NCBI GenBank assembly: GCA_038087875.1
Contig: JAXLNO010000357.1
Span: forward strand, 124,001-188,000
DNA length: 64,000 nt
DNA from: Malacoraja senta
Lineage: Eukaryota
Reading direction: 5' to 3'
The position numbers and the translations under genes were made by a program. Below are positions 13,828 through 27,260 of this stretch, piece after piece; the stretch's first letter is position 1; every line of letters begins with the position of its first letter. The notes beneath the pieces were generated by a model that was not told the DNA's origin, did not search any database, and saw only the letters and a program-made list of their open reading frames with translations.

Positions 13828-15852
13828 TAGCGATGTTACAAAACATACCTTCAGCGGCGCTGCAGTTCTGCCACTGGCCGTGTGCGCGACTTTGGCGCGA
13901 CTTTGGCGCCTTTGAGGGGGGGGCAGGATTAAAATGCCGTTTTCTACTGCTTATCGGAGGCGGACTTCCTCGGGCTACCAGCTGCTGAAGAAAAATCGAT
14001 CCGACTCCCGTTCCCGATTTTTTATTTTTTTTAAATCGCGAGACAATTTAATAATTACATTAAAATAAAAAGCGACTTCTAACGCCCTCAATGTCTACAA
14101 CGTGACGGATCGCATGAGCGGGACAAAACAAAATGTGTCGTTTATTTTACATATAATCTTGTTTCTTGGGATGGCTTTAATCAAATTTTACGATGTGAAA
14201 ATGTGATTTGGGCCCCATACGAACCGGCAGTGTTTTTCCTGCCGATATGGGGTTCAAATTCACTGCAAATGCAACGTTCCAATCAATCGCGTTCCAGAAA
14301 AACCCACTCGCAAGATGATTTAAATGCTCTTTTTTTTGGACAATCATGTCATAAGAGCATCTAAATCGTCTATATTTTGTGTTATTGTCTATCCATAGTC
14401 AATATTTTTATACTAAATATCAGTATTAGTCCCATGTATTGTGCAAAAAAATAATAATTTTAATTATATTGAGTGGATGTTTCTAGATTAATTTATGGGA
14501 ATTAAACATTTAATTCCTTCCATCTGGCATATGAATTAATGACAGTGAGATTTAAAAATTATGTTATATTGTGAATTCTTGTGTGAATGGGATTAGTTTG
14601 TTATTTGGATACTTAGGCTATTTAAAAAAATATCCTTTTCTTAAGAAATGGAATCTACAGGACATTCTTAATGGGAAAGTAGTGGGCAGAAAGGCATGTT
14701 ATGTGTGGTTTGAAGAGCAACAAACTGTAGTTTACAATGCCAAAATTGAAAAGTTGAGGTAAAACAAGGTGTACAGAGTTGCTTATTGGTTACAATCTGA
14801 GGAGTATGATGATGCTACTGATTATGATATGCCAATGTACCAGCTAGCAACTGATCAAATTCATTTCACTTGCACTTTATGTGCAATGTGACGAATAAAA
14901 CCGTATTGTATTGTATCTTCTCCATAAAGACTTGGTCTATTGCTAGAAATTGTAATTTATTTACCTATCTGTTAAGGACTTACAGCATGTAATGCAATAA
15001 TATTAAAGTTCTGATCTTGAGAATATCACATTTTTGAATTTTCAAGGCAGTCTGGGTGTTTATTACTATTTCCGTCACAATGGTCAATTGTGTAATTAAC
15101 TACAATTAGGTAATTAACTCATTATATGCTTTAATTTCAGGTCATCCAAGTAAGATGTTTTATATTTGTTTCAGAATGCTTCAATCTATAATAACTGAAA
15201 ATTTCATTCAGTTCTCTTTATTTTTAAGGAAGTTATGGGCTTTTGACTGTCCTTCTTCTGTCGTATGTCTTTTAGATCTGCAGCTCCGTTGAGGCGAGCC
15301 AGGCCAACGTGTCATCGTCCAGGTCAATCAGACCTCGTTCACCATTCGGTGGCCGGTGTTTGGGGCAACTGGTGACTATGTGCTCCACTGTCTGTGTTGG
15401 GTCCCCACACTCGCAGGAGGCTCTGTCCACGAGGCCCCACCTCTTCATCGCTACTCCATAGCGTCCGATGCCTGTCCTCAAGCGGTTGTGGGTTGTCCAC
15501 TGCTTTTGGGGCAGGTCCTGGCCAGGGACGTCCATGGGGTCATTGATGTAATGGTGTAGCCTAGATGGTTCCGCTGACTTCCACTGGTCTCTCCATCTCG
15601 TCTTGACCCAGGCAGCCTTAGAAGCGGCAGCCGGTGTTGTGACTGTCCTCGATCACAGCTTTTGTGTTAAGTCAATGGAAAAGCAATAGAGAACAAGATG
15701 CTAATTTCCTAGTATGAAAATGGCCATAACATTTTTAATGCTGAAGATATGAAAGTGAATTAGGTGTCAAATTAAACTTATTTTCATGCTTTATCTGATG
15801 GGATAAATTGAAGACTTGATTTTTTAAATCTCAACATTTTGTAACATTGCTA
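13828..15852 (+). mobile_element. Non-autonomous TIR DNA transposon (TAG...CTA termini, 7-bp TSD), superfamily unassigned
   Basis: TIRs tagcgatgttacaaaa (13828-13843) and ttttgtaacattgcta (15837-15852), 15/16 match. cattatg is duplicated at 13821-13827 and 15853-15859. CpG-rich 5' part and a coding remnant at 14655-14946. Confidence 0.85.
15254..15639 (-). mobile_element. Ingi/Vingi-like LINE 3' fragment nested in the DNA transposon
   Basis: ORF end WTTHNRLRTGIGRYG...CECGDPTQTVEHIVTSC (CCHC-type), very short 3' UTR ending catacgacagaagaag, and 10-bp TSD tgactgtcct (15244-15253 / 15640-15649). Confidence 0.7.
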
Positions 15853-17562
15853 CATTATGAATGCAAGAAAAAATATTAATAAAGCATTTGATTTACCTAC
15901 AGCCATCAGGCTATTAAACACTCCAACCTCATAAGCTCTGAACTACAATAGACATTATTATTGCACTGTAATTGTTTCTTCGGGGTTTTGGTATTATTTA
16001 TTAAGATTACGTATTCTGTTGTGCTGTAGCAAGAAAGAATGTAATTGTTCTCTCTGGGACATATGACAATAAAACACTCTTGACTCTTGAAGATGGTTAG
16101 GTCTAGAATATTCTCGTGAGGAATACCTGCTGTGATGTCCTGGAGCTGGAATGATCAAGGTACAAGACACGTGATCATCTTTCTTTGTGCAAGGTATGGC
16201 TCAGGCACTGGAGTGATTTCAACCAAATGTCCATTGACTTCAATTTTAACAGGCCTCCTTGATATCCATTCACTCAAATGCAGCTTGCATGTCTTGAGCA
16301 GGCATTTTCATAACCCTTATGGAATTCAGCTTTGCTCCACATTTTGACCAAGACTGTGATAATATCTGAAGCTGTATGTTGAATATTAGTTTTGCTGGGA
16401 TTCACTGCATCTATACCACATTAAGCAATAACCGTTCTCTCTCTTTGTCCATCTCTTTGCCCAGCAGCAGTCTCTTTGGAAATTCTAGAGCATGGTGGGT
16501 GATATTTTTGTCTAAATTGCAGGAACCTAGTGCAATTTGTGAAATGATGGCAGATGGGCAATAAAATATATGAATATCTCTAACTAGCTCAGATCCCAAC
16601 AATATCTAACCATTTACATCGCTAGCCCACAGTTGTGAAGGCATCAAAGTAGCCAAAACTCTTAAGTTTTGCATATCATGTTCTTATTACATTTCCGATG
16701 TATTTTAATGGGATCTTCTTATATTGAAAGATCTATGACCTGAAATATTAACAATGTCCATTTCCGTTGATGCTGTCTGACCTGCTGAGTTTTTCCTGCA
16801 TTTTCTGGGAGGTTTTTTAAAACATTTCCAACATCTGTAGTCTGATTTTGATTTTTTTAATTAACAAATTCATCGGTATGATTTTGGACATAACGGTTCC
16901 CCAAGCGATGCAATAGTCACATCTTACCAATTAGTTTACCCATCCATTATATTTACATGCCATCTTTTGACACACAGCCAACCATCCATGGCCAATTTGC
17001 CTTCAATTCCATGAGCTTTAACTTTTATTCATTACGAATCTTATTGTTCAGCTTCCGGAAGCCCCTATGAATAATATTGATAGACATTACCATGACTACA
17101 ACCATAATCGCCTTCACTAGAAAAATCTATTTGTCAAGTCTGCCCAACTCATCAGGTTACAGTCTTGTCTGTTCAATTGAAAGTTTTCACAGTATGCACA
17201 TACTCCAACCTTAGATATTGACTCTAGTAACTTCACAACAACAAATGATGGCAAACCAACCTTGAAGTCCCCTTATTTTCATCTCCCCTTTTTTTTAAAT
17301 TGCCAATAACAAAAGTAAAGTATAACTTATGATTTAAGAGAATTTTGGAAGATTGTAACTCAGGCAACATGCTCAACTAGTTTTGATGAAACTTGTATGA
17401 AATGAACATCTGGTCCTGTGAACTTGTCACATTTTCCATTATTTGCACATGAATGCTATTTTTCAGACATAAATTTAAGTGTACCCTGCTACATATTCAA
17501 TATTAGTTTCCCTGGCACAGCAAAGATGATAGTCTCTTCTGCAATTACTCATGCAATCATTT

Positions 17563-18734
17563 TTTTAAAATATTTTTATTTTATTAGAAGTAAGTACAAT
17601 CATATGGCACCAAAGTGCCTAATATATATTGACATAATACATTTTATGTACAGCTTCTTATTTTTTTTATTATAATGAAGAAGAAAAAGAAAAAGAGATT
17701 AGATAATAAAAGATAGAAAAACATGAGATATATAGTGTGTGAAAAAAGGAAAAAAAAGAGTGAAAGAAGAAAAGTGAAGAAAAGAAGATAGAAAGAAAGA
17801 GAGTAGAAAAGAAAAAAGAAAAATAAGGAGATCATTATTTATAATCTTGACCATCCCCCACCCAGTCCTGAAACAGTTAGCTTCTACGGTTGTGTTGCAC
17901 CATATGCTTCCAAAAAGACGACAAATGGAGACCAACTCGTTAAGAATTGGTCTGATTTATCTATTAGGAGGAATCGCATTTCCTCAAGATGTGCGGTGTC
18001 CAACATGCTTGAAATCCACATTTTAAACGTTGGTATTGGTGTATTTTTCCAGAATTTAAGTATTAGTTTTTTTGCCATTATTAGACCATAATTTAAAAAT
18101 AAATTTTGAGATGAGTTCAATTTATTCCCATTACTCCAAATATAATCATTTCGGTATTAGGTTCCATTTTTATCTTGAATAATTTTGTAAATATTTCAAA
18201 AATATCACTCCAAAATTTTAAAAGTTTTATGCAGGAAACGAAAGAGTGTGTTATAGTTGCGTTTTGGGATAGACATTTATCACAAATGGGGGCTATATTT
18301 GGATAAAATTTATTCAATCTAGTTTTTGAATAATATAATCTATGTAACATTTTAAATTGAATTAAATTATATCTTGCATTAATCGAACATTTGTGTATAT
18401 ATATCAAATACTTTTCCCATGTAACCTTCGTAATTTTTATCATTAATTCCCGTTCCCACTCTTCTCTAAGTACCTCTGTCGATGGTAGGTCTATATTTAA
18501 AATACTATTATATAAATATGATATTAATTTCTGTGTCAGCCTTAATATTCATTGCTTCTTCCAGTGGATCAAAAGTTATGTTTTGATATCTTTGTATATA
18601 TTTCTTCATGAAATCGCAAATCTGAAGATATTTTAAAATATTGGTTATTTTTCAGTTTAAATTTTAATTGTAATTGTTGGAATGATAATAGGTTTTCCAT
18701 TTCATACATATCACCGATCCTTTTAATTCCCATT
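17563..18734 (-). mobile_element. 5'-truncated L1-clade LINE (ORF2 C-terminus + 3' UTR)
   Basis: Frameshifted ORF2 pieces including IQFKMLHRLYYS...CDKC...HSFVSC, an AATAAA/A-rich tail, and a 15-bp TSD ctcatgcaatcattt (17548-17562 / 18735-18749). Confidence 0.9.
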
Positions 18735-19289
18735 CTCATGCAATCATTTAACACATTTGCAGTTTTTTAATGTATTTGCAAAATCACCACTTACAGTTAT
18801 TACAGATTGTACATTGCTCTTAATCACAGGTAGACACAAAATGCTGGAGTAACTCAGCGGGACAGGCAGTATCTCTGGAGAGAAGCAATGTCAAGACTCT
18901 TCTTCAGACTGATGTTTGGGGAGTGGCCCAATCACCTCTTTCTCTGAGATAATTTGTAACACAATCTTACGTTTTTATATTGTTTACTAGTTTCTGTAAA
19001 TACATTATTTTTGTTGATCTGCATCTGTTTTGTGACTGTTTGCTATTCTTTTATCTCTCCAAGTCTATCTGTGATTTTTCTTGCTTGAATGGATTGTATG
19101 CTTTCAGTTTAAAATCGACCCAGATTTCTTCAGCCATTTTAGTTCTTTTTTTCGTGAATAGAGATTTTGCTCCTTACAAATAAAATTGATAGCCTATCAT
19201 GATAAACATTTTTTAAAGCACCACCTATTCTTTTATTTTCCAAAAACAAATATTCCCAGTATTCTGTGGATATTTCCGATCACATATCA

Positions 19290-19490
19290 AAGAAAGCCCC
19301 TTCTCCTAACTTCTTACAATAACCTTACTAATCAAGAACCTATCAATCTCCTCTTTCAAAATAGCCAATAAAGTCCATGGCAATGAATTCCACAGATTCA
19401 TCACCTGTCTGAATATATACCTTCTCATCTCCATTCTCCTGGTACGTCCTTTTATTCTGAGGATGTGCCTTCTGGTCCTAGATTCTCCCA
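19290..19490 (-). mobile_element. CR1-clade LINE 3' fragment
   Basis: Minus ORF with GESRTRRHILRIKG...EMRRYIF..VMNLWNSLP, the CR1 ORF2 C-terminus. Confidence 0.75.
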
Positions 19491-20091
19491 CAATTACCAG
19501 CTCTCTGCCAGAGAAACACTCCAGTTTCACATACCCACCGTCTCCAGCATATATTTAACCAAGCCCTCCCTGATGGCCACAATGGAGTAAGAAGGGGCAC
19601 TATGGCACAACCTTTGGAGCTGATGCCTCATAGTTTCAACAACCCAGGTTCAGTCCTGACCTCCAGTATGATCACTACCATCTGTATCTGACCTCCCCCC
19701 ATCACATCAGGTTTGCATGAGAACATTTTTAATATGTTTTATAGTAAACAGTTGACTTTGCTGGTGCTTTGCTTTATAATTTGATTTGTAATTTGCTTGC
19801 TGTTTGACTGGTTCCTGGAGTTTAATTTTAATCTATCCTCAGCTGTCTCAGGTTGCTTCAGCCTATTAAAAATGAAAGATGTTTTAATTTGAAACAGCAA
19901 CCTGCTCATTAGAAGTGCGTTGGCTCTTTTGCGCCCTTTATCTTTGCAATTCCCTCACTCATCAAAACTGTTATCAAAAAGTAAGAAAGTTGTACTTTAT
20001 TTTTGTTCTTTAATCTAATTTTCTACCAACACAGCAGAACATTAAACTCTTAAATTCCAGTTGCTTCCTTCAGATATTCAAGTTACCAACT

Positions 20092-22510
20092 GTGTAGGAA
20101 GGTAGACAATAAGCTGGATAAACTCAGCAGGTGAGGCAGCATCTATAGAGCAAAGGAATGGGTGACGTTTTGGGTTGAGGCCCTTCTTCAGACTGATGTG
20201 GGGGTGAGGGGGAGCGGGAAGAAGAAAGGAAGAGGCGGAGACAGTAGGCTGTGGGAGAGCTGGGAAGGGGAGGGGAAGGAGGGAGAAAGCAAGGACTACC
20301 TGAAATTGGAGAAGTCAATGTTCATACCACTGGGGTGTAAACTAGCGAAGCAAAATATGAGGTGCTGCTCCTCCAATTTACGGTGGGACTCACTCTGGCC
20401 ATGGAGGAGGCATAGGACAGAAAGGTCGGATTTGGAATGGGAGGGGGAGTTGAAGTGCTGAGCCACCGGGAGATCAGGTGGGTTAATGCGAACTGAGCGG
20501 ACGTGTTGGGCGAAGCGATCGCCAAGTCTGCGCTTGGTCTCACCGATGTAGAGCAGTTGACACCTGGAACAGCGGATACAATAGATGTGGTTGGAGGAGG
20601 TGCAGGTGCACCTCTGTCTCACCTGGAAAAACTGCTTGGGTCCTTCGATGGAGTCGAGGTGGGAGGTAAAATGACAAGTGTAGCATTTCCTGCGGTTGCA
20701 AGGGAAAGTACCAGGGGAGGGGTTTGGGTGGGAAGGGACGAATTGACCAAGGAGTTACGGAGGGAGAGGTCTTTGCGGAAAGCCGAAAGGGGAGGAGATG
20801 GGAAGATGTGGCCAGTGGTGGGGTCCCGTTGGAGGTGGCAAAAATATCGGAGGATTATCTGTTGTATGTGACAGCTGGTAGGGTGGAAGGTGACATCGTA
20901 AAGAATGAGGACATCTCCGATGCCCTGGTTAGGAACACTTCATCCTGGGTGCAGATGCGGCATAGACGGAGGAATTGAGAGTGGGGGATAGATTCCTTAC
21001 AGGAAGCAGGGTGGGAAGAAGTGTAGTCCAGATAGCCATGGGAGTCAGTGGGTTTGTAGTAGATGTCGGTCAGTAGTCTGTTACCTGCGATGGAGATAGT
21101 GAGGTCTAGAAACGGTAGGGAGATGTCAGAAATGGCCCAGGTGAATTTGAGTGCCGGATGGAAGTTAGTGGTGAAATTGATGAAGTCAGTGAGTTCTGCA
21201 TGGGTGCTGGAGGTGGCACCAATGCAGTCGTCAATGTAGTGTAGGTAGAGTTCGGCGATAGGGCCACGATACGCCTCGAACAAGGACTACAAAAGGGCAG
21301 GCATAGCTGGGGCCCATGCACATGCCCATAGCTATGCCTTGGATTTGGAGGAAATGGGAGGTGTCAACGGAAACGTTTTTGAGGGTAAGGACCAGCTCCG
21401 CTAGGCAGAGGAGAGTATTAGTAGACAGGGATTGGTTCATTCTCCGGTCGAGGAAGAAATGGAGAGCTTTAAGGCCCTCCTGGTGAGGGATGGGGGTGTA
21501 GAGTGACTGGACATCCATGGTGAAGATGAGGGAGTGGGGGCCTGGAAAACGGAAGTCATGGAGGAGACGAAGAGCATGTGAGGTGTCTTGGACATAGGTT
21601 GGGAGGGATATGACCAGGGGGGGGATAGGATGGAGTCCAGGTATGTGAAAATAAGTTTGGTGGGACAAGAACAAGCAGAAACAATGGGTCTGCCAGGTCC
21701 GTCAGGTTTGTGAATTTTGGGGAGAAGGTAAAATCGGGCCGCGCGAGGCTGGGGAACAATAAGGTTGGAGGCTTGGGAGGGCAGGGAGCCAGAAGCGATG
21801 AAGCCAGTGATGGTGTTGAAATAATGGCCTGCTCCTCGTCTGTGGGGTCATGGTCCAAGGATAAGTAGGAAGAGGTGTCTGAGAGTTGGCGCCTGGCCTC
21901 AGACCGGTAGAGGTCAGCGTGCCAGACTACCACAGCACCTCCTTTGTCGGCAGGTTTGATCACCCAGTCGGAGTTGTTGCAGAGTGAGTGGAGGGCTGTA
22001 TGTTTAGGGGGGGGGGCGGTTAGAGTGAGAAATGGGTGTGGAAAAATTGAGGCGGTTGATGTCCCGCCGGCAGTTTGAAATGAACAGGTCTAAAGAAGGT
22101 AGATGGCCATTGGGGGGAGTCCAAGAGGAGGGGGTCTGTTGGAGACGGGAGAAGGGGACATCACTAGAGGGTGAGGACTTCTTTCCATGGAAAAACGTTT
22201 GGATGGGGAGGCAATGAATGAAGAGCTCCACAATTGTGCAGGAAGGAACTGCAGATGCTGGTTTACACCGAAAATAGACACAAAATGCTGGAGTAAATCA
22301 GCGGGTCAGGCAGCATCTCTTGAGAGAAGGAATGGGTGATGTTTCAGGTCAAGACTCTTCTTCAGACTGAGAGTCAAGGAAGAGGGAGACTCGAGGTATG
22401 GAAGGGTAAGGAGTGAAAATGACAGATCTAAGCAGAAGTTGTCCAGGAAATATTGAATGGTTCATTGTTAGCTGAAGGGAAGGCAACAACGAGGCAAAAG
22501 ATCGATACAA
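20092..22510 (-). mobile_element. Penelope-like element (RT + GIY-YIG endonuclease), frameshifted, with terminal repeats at both ends
   Basis: IKPADKGGAVVV, MDVQSLYT, GIAMG and YIDD RT motifs. GIY-YIG NHIYCIRC..C.LLYIGETKRRLGDRF..H at 20296-20622. pLTR-like units at ~20092-20195 and ~22235-22370. Confidence 0.92.
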
Positions 22511-22964
22511 TCTTCCTCTGTTGTGTCCATCTTCCATGTTTCAAATGGTGACATCACTGTCATCGTCCACCCTGAAACGGACGCAAGCTTCCGGCGACAA
22601 TCAGTGGGAGCCACCACTTGTCGTAATAGATGATGGTGATAGCAGAATTAGCTCAGGATACTTCCAGTTTCCAACCCTGTGATGTGGACGCTTCTGCTAT
22701 GGGGCCATCGGTACAATCAATCAGGAGGTCAGTGAAACTAGCCGTAGAACTAGGGTGAGGGAGGGACGGAGTGAGAGGGAAAGCAACAGTTAGAGAAATC
22801 AACTGCTTCCTTCTGGCTGTAAGAACTTTCATGCTGATACTCACGGTGTCTTTGAGTTTCTCAAGGGGTTGTGCAAGAGGAGGAGAGGTAGGTGTTTCCA
22901 CTCATAGGCAGCCACACTGTCATCACAGTATTATGAGACGTTTGTCTTCTGTACATCTGTACAA

Positions 22965-24280
22965 TTGATTAACAGGATCGTTCCAAGTCAGCATGGATTT
23001 ATGAAGGGGAAATCATGCTTGACCAATCTTCTGGAATTTGTTGAGGATGTAACAAGCAAAATGTACAAAGGAGAGTCAGTGAATGTAGTGTACCTGGACT
23101 TTCAGAAAGCATTTGATAAGGTCCCACGCAGGAGATTAATGGGCAAAATTAGAGCACATGGTATTGGGGGTATGGTATTTACATGGATAGAAAATTGGTT
23201 GGCAGACAGGAAACAAAAGAGTAGGGATTAACGGGTCTTTTTCAGAATGACAGGCAATGACTAGTGGGGTGCCGCAAGGCTCGGTGCTGGGACCGCAGCT
23301 ATTTACACTATACATTAATGATTTAGATGAAGGAATTAAAAATAACATTAGCAAATTTGCAAATGACACGAAGCTGGGTGGCAGTGTGAACTGTGAAGAG
23401 GACGCTAGGAGGATGCAAGGTGACCTGGACAGTTTGGGTGAGTGGGCAGATGCATGGCAGATGCAGTATAATGTGGATAAATGTAAGGTTATTCACTTTG
23501 GTGGCAAGAACAGGAAGGCAGATTACTATCTGAATGGTGTCAGGTTAGGAAAATGGGAAGTACAACGAGACCTGGGTGTCCTTGTACATCAGTCACTGAA
23601 AGTAAGCATGTAGGTACAGCAGGCAGTGAAGAAAGATAATGGCATGTTGGCCTTCATTACGAGAGGAGTTGAGTATAGGAGCAAAGAGGTCCTATTGCAG
23701 TTGCACAGGGCCCTGCTGAGATAACACCTGGAGTATTGTGCAATTTTGGTCTCCTAATTTGAGGAAGGACATTCTTGCCATTGAGGGAGTGCAGCGTAGG
23801 TTCATGAGATTAATTCCCGGGATGGCGGTGCTGTCATGTGATGAAAGAATCGAGCAACTGGGCTTGTATGCACTGGAATTTAGAAGGATGAGAGGGGATC
23901 TTATAGAAACATAGAAAATTATTAAGGGATTGGACATGCTAGAGGCAGGAATCATATTCCCGATGTTGGGGGAGTCAACAGGGTCCACAGTTTAAGAATA
24001 AGGAGTAGGCCAATTTAGAACTGAGATGAGGAAATACTTTTTCACCCAGAGGGTTGTGAAATTGTGGAATTCTCTGCCTCAGAAGGCAGTGGAGGCCAAT
24101 TCACTGGATGCATTCAAAAGAGAGTTAGATGGGCTAACGGAATCCAGGGATATGGGGAGAAGGCAGGAACGGGGTACCGATTGTGGATAATCAGCCATGA
24201 TCACATTGAATGGCAGTGCTGGCTCGAAGGGCCAAATGGCCTACTCCTGCACCTAGTGTCTATGTATTTATATATCTATG
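22965..24280 (+). mobile_element. CR1-clade LINE 3' half (RT), frameshifted
   Basis: SQHGFMKGKSCLTNLLEF, YLDFQKAFDKV, SGVPQGSVLGP and KFANDTKLGG motifs; CR1 3' tail ending in (tctatg)-like repeats. Confidence 0.95.
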
Positions 24281-25050
24281 TATCTGTATTTACTAGCACT
24301 GATTAGCAGTATGCTGCAGACACACAGTTTCCTTTTCAATAGTTGAAAACTCACTGTCAATGTCAACTGAACCATCTCAATATCTGGAAATACTCAACAA
24401 CCCTGCTCTATTATATCTGCTTTTCTTTCATAGGAGAGAAATCAATTTCATAGAAGAACATCGTTGATATTTTGCTAATTCATCAGTGAAAACAGGCTGT
24501 TAGTAATGAGATAACAATATCTTTGTAGATTAAGGACTTGGATATGTGCTTGATAGGCTGTGACCAGCAGGGCTGCAGACCTTGTGGCTGAAGGTGCGAT
24601 TTGGCTCTACCTTTGAGGTGTTGGGCCAAATAGCTCATGTTGGGTTTGTTTTTTTAAATGATTCTAAGCCGTTCTTGGTGACCACGTGTAGTTTCTATTT
24701 CCAGCCGGTGAATTCAGTCAGTGGGAACTCAAACATAATTTGTGCCACCATCTACACTGCACCTTGAAAGGAGCATCTAGGAGACTCCATAATGATTGGC
24801 TGCGCTGCTTCACTTTGATAATGAAGAAGGGCTTTCTGATCTAAAGGCAGCTCAATTCCAGCAGACAAGAATTGAGGTCTGTGACTGGGAATGAGCTGGT
24901 GACTGTAGCCAGCTCGTCTTCTGCCATGGGATCTCTGCTGTTGTGTCTGGCTTAGCTTTGTCAATTATAAATGCGTCACGATGCAAGATATCCAGAGGGC
25001 CACTGAAACAGAGGCTTGGCACGTACCTTCTTGTGTCGCTTATTCATGCA

Positions 25051-25908
25051 AGCCAAAGATAGACACAAAAAGCTGGAGTAACGAAGCAGGACAGGCAGCA
25101 TCTCTGGAGAGAAGGAATGGGTGACGTTTTGGGTCGAGACCCTTCTTCAGACTGGTTAGGAATAAGGAAAACGAGAGATATAGACGGTGATGTGGAGAGA
25201 TAAAGAACAATGAATTAAATATATGCAAAACACAATGACGATAAAGGAAACGAGCTATTGTTAGCTGTTTGTAGGGTGAAAACGAGAAGCTAGTGCGACT
25301 TGGGTTGGGGAAGGATAAAGAGAGAGGAAATGCTGGGGCTACCTGAAGTGAGAGAAATCAATATTCATATCACTGGGCTGTGAGCTGCCCAAACAAAATA
25401 TGAAATGCTGTTCCTCCAATTTGCATTAAGCCTCACTCTGACAATGGAGGAGACCTAGAACAGAAAGGTCTGTGTAGGAAGGAGAAGGAGAATTAAAGTG
25501 TCCAGCAACCGGGAGATCAGGTAGGTTTAGGCGGGCTGAGCAAAGGTGTTCCACAAAACGATCGCCCAGTCTGCGTTTGGTCTCGCCGATGTATAAGAGT
25601 CCACATCTTGAACAACGAATACAGTAGATGAGGTTGGAGGAGGTACAAGTGAACCTCTGCCTAACCTGATAGGACTGTCAGGGTCCCTGGACAGAGTCGA
25701 GGGAAGCGGTATAGGGACAGGTGTTGCATCTTCTGCGGTTGCAGGGGAAGGTACCTGGGGAGGGGGTGGTTTGGGTGGGAAGGGATGAGTTAACTAGGGA
25801 GTTGCAGAGGGAATGGTCTCTGCGGAAGGCGGAAAGGGGTGGAGATGGAAAAATATGGCTAGTGGTGGGATCCCGTTGGAGGTGGCGGAAATTTCGGAGG
25901 ATTATATG
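25051..25908 (-). mobile_element. Penelope-like element 3' fragment (GIY-YIG region + terminal repeat)
   Basis: Colinear with 20100-20865, and the terminal unit carries gggtgacgttttgggtcgagacccttcttcagact. Confidence 0.88.
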
Positions 25909-27260
25909 TTTTCTTAATTTATGGAAATCATATTAAGCATTTGAGCTTTTTTGAGTGTGGCAACATTTCATTTCTTGCTCTCTCTCTGTTAGTGCTTGAG
26001 TAGAAAACATAAATTAAATCTGCAGCATGCAACAACAAACAATGTTCGATATGTTTAATAGTGATCAGAACTAGGAGTATGCTTGTAAAAATGTCACAAA
26101 TATTAACTGTTTGTATTTAACAGTACCATGTAGTGAGAGTTGAAAATTGATGGTTAATGATTTGAACAAGAAGCCTCTGACCAGACAACCTTTGACAAAC
26201 TGAATTTAACCTGGATATTCTAAACGCTACTGAGAGAGATTGTAGTTGTGTGTTGTTCAGTGTTATCTGAAGGATTTGATCTTAATGCCTGTCATTTTAT
26301 GTGGGCCACACAGTATTAATATGACAGCTCTGAGTCACTCAACAAACATTCTAGTTAGTGGAAGTGAGGTAAAAGCTTCATTCCCCAGGGAGATGAGACT
26401 GAGCTCAGACATTAGGTTACCTCGACTGGGAGCCTGTTGTTCCAGATCATCTTTCTTAAATTGAAGATAAACATACAGTATTCATAAATCAAATGCTCAC
26501 AGACAGCTAGGAAGTGCTAGTTCGTTTGCTCGTGTGTCAGACGATGTAGCTCGCTGTTGGCTTCTGTTGTCGTCCAACATGTTGACAGAATTGTTGCCCA
26601 ACACGTCACAGAGTGCATCGCGTCGTTGCTTCCAGGGATCGCCACGGGGAGGCTTCTGTCATGATCCCCGAAGTGCTAGTAAGCATAAGTCTCAAGCAAA
26701 TTGTAAGACCAAAATGGAATATATTTTCAAAATGTCTCCAACATGAAGCATTAGACTTTCCTCGAAAAGCAGATGTAGGAGGGAATTTTAAGGAGACGCG
26801 CAAATGTACAAGAAACAGGAATTTATTATTCATCGTCATCACCAAGTCATCGAGAAATGTGCCAAAGGGTATGGTGGACGATTTCCAAAAATGCACAAGA
26901 ATGTAATATAGACAACAGACCAAATGGCCTCATTAAAATGATATGCCTCTTTCAATTAGTCTTGCCATGATAGTCATAGTGCACAATAGTTCCTTGTGTG
27001 CAATACTCTATTTACAAGCTGCAACATCATTCAGCCTTAAGTTAAGGTCTCCGCCATTTATTTTATCCTACGTAGTGTTCTTTTCCTATCCATCAAATCT
27101 ACTCACAAATAAAAATGTTTGGGCTACTGAGGATGTACCTTTAATCAAACAGCCTTTTATCATTTTCTTTCTGCAGATAACATCTCCATTATTAAAATTA
27201 TATCAGAGGAAATACATTCTGATAATGCTCTGGACGATAATTCTATTCATTATCACACTG

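Noticed and set aside
17644..17935. Phe/Leu-rich hydrophobic ORFs
   Set aside because: Low-complexity pyrimidine-rich 3' UTR of the L1 fragment.
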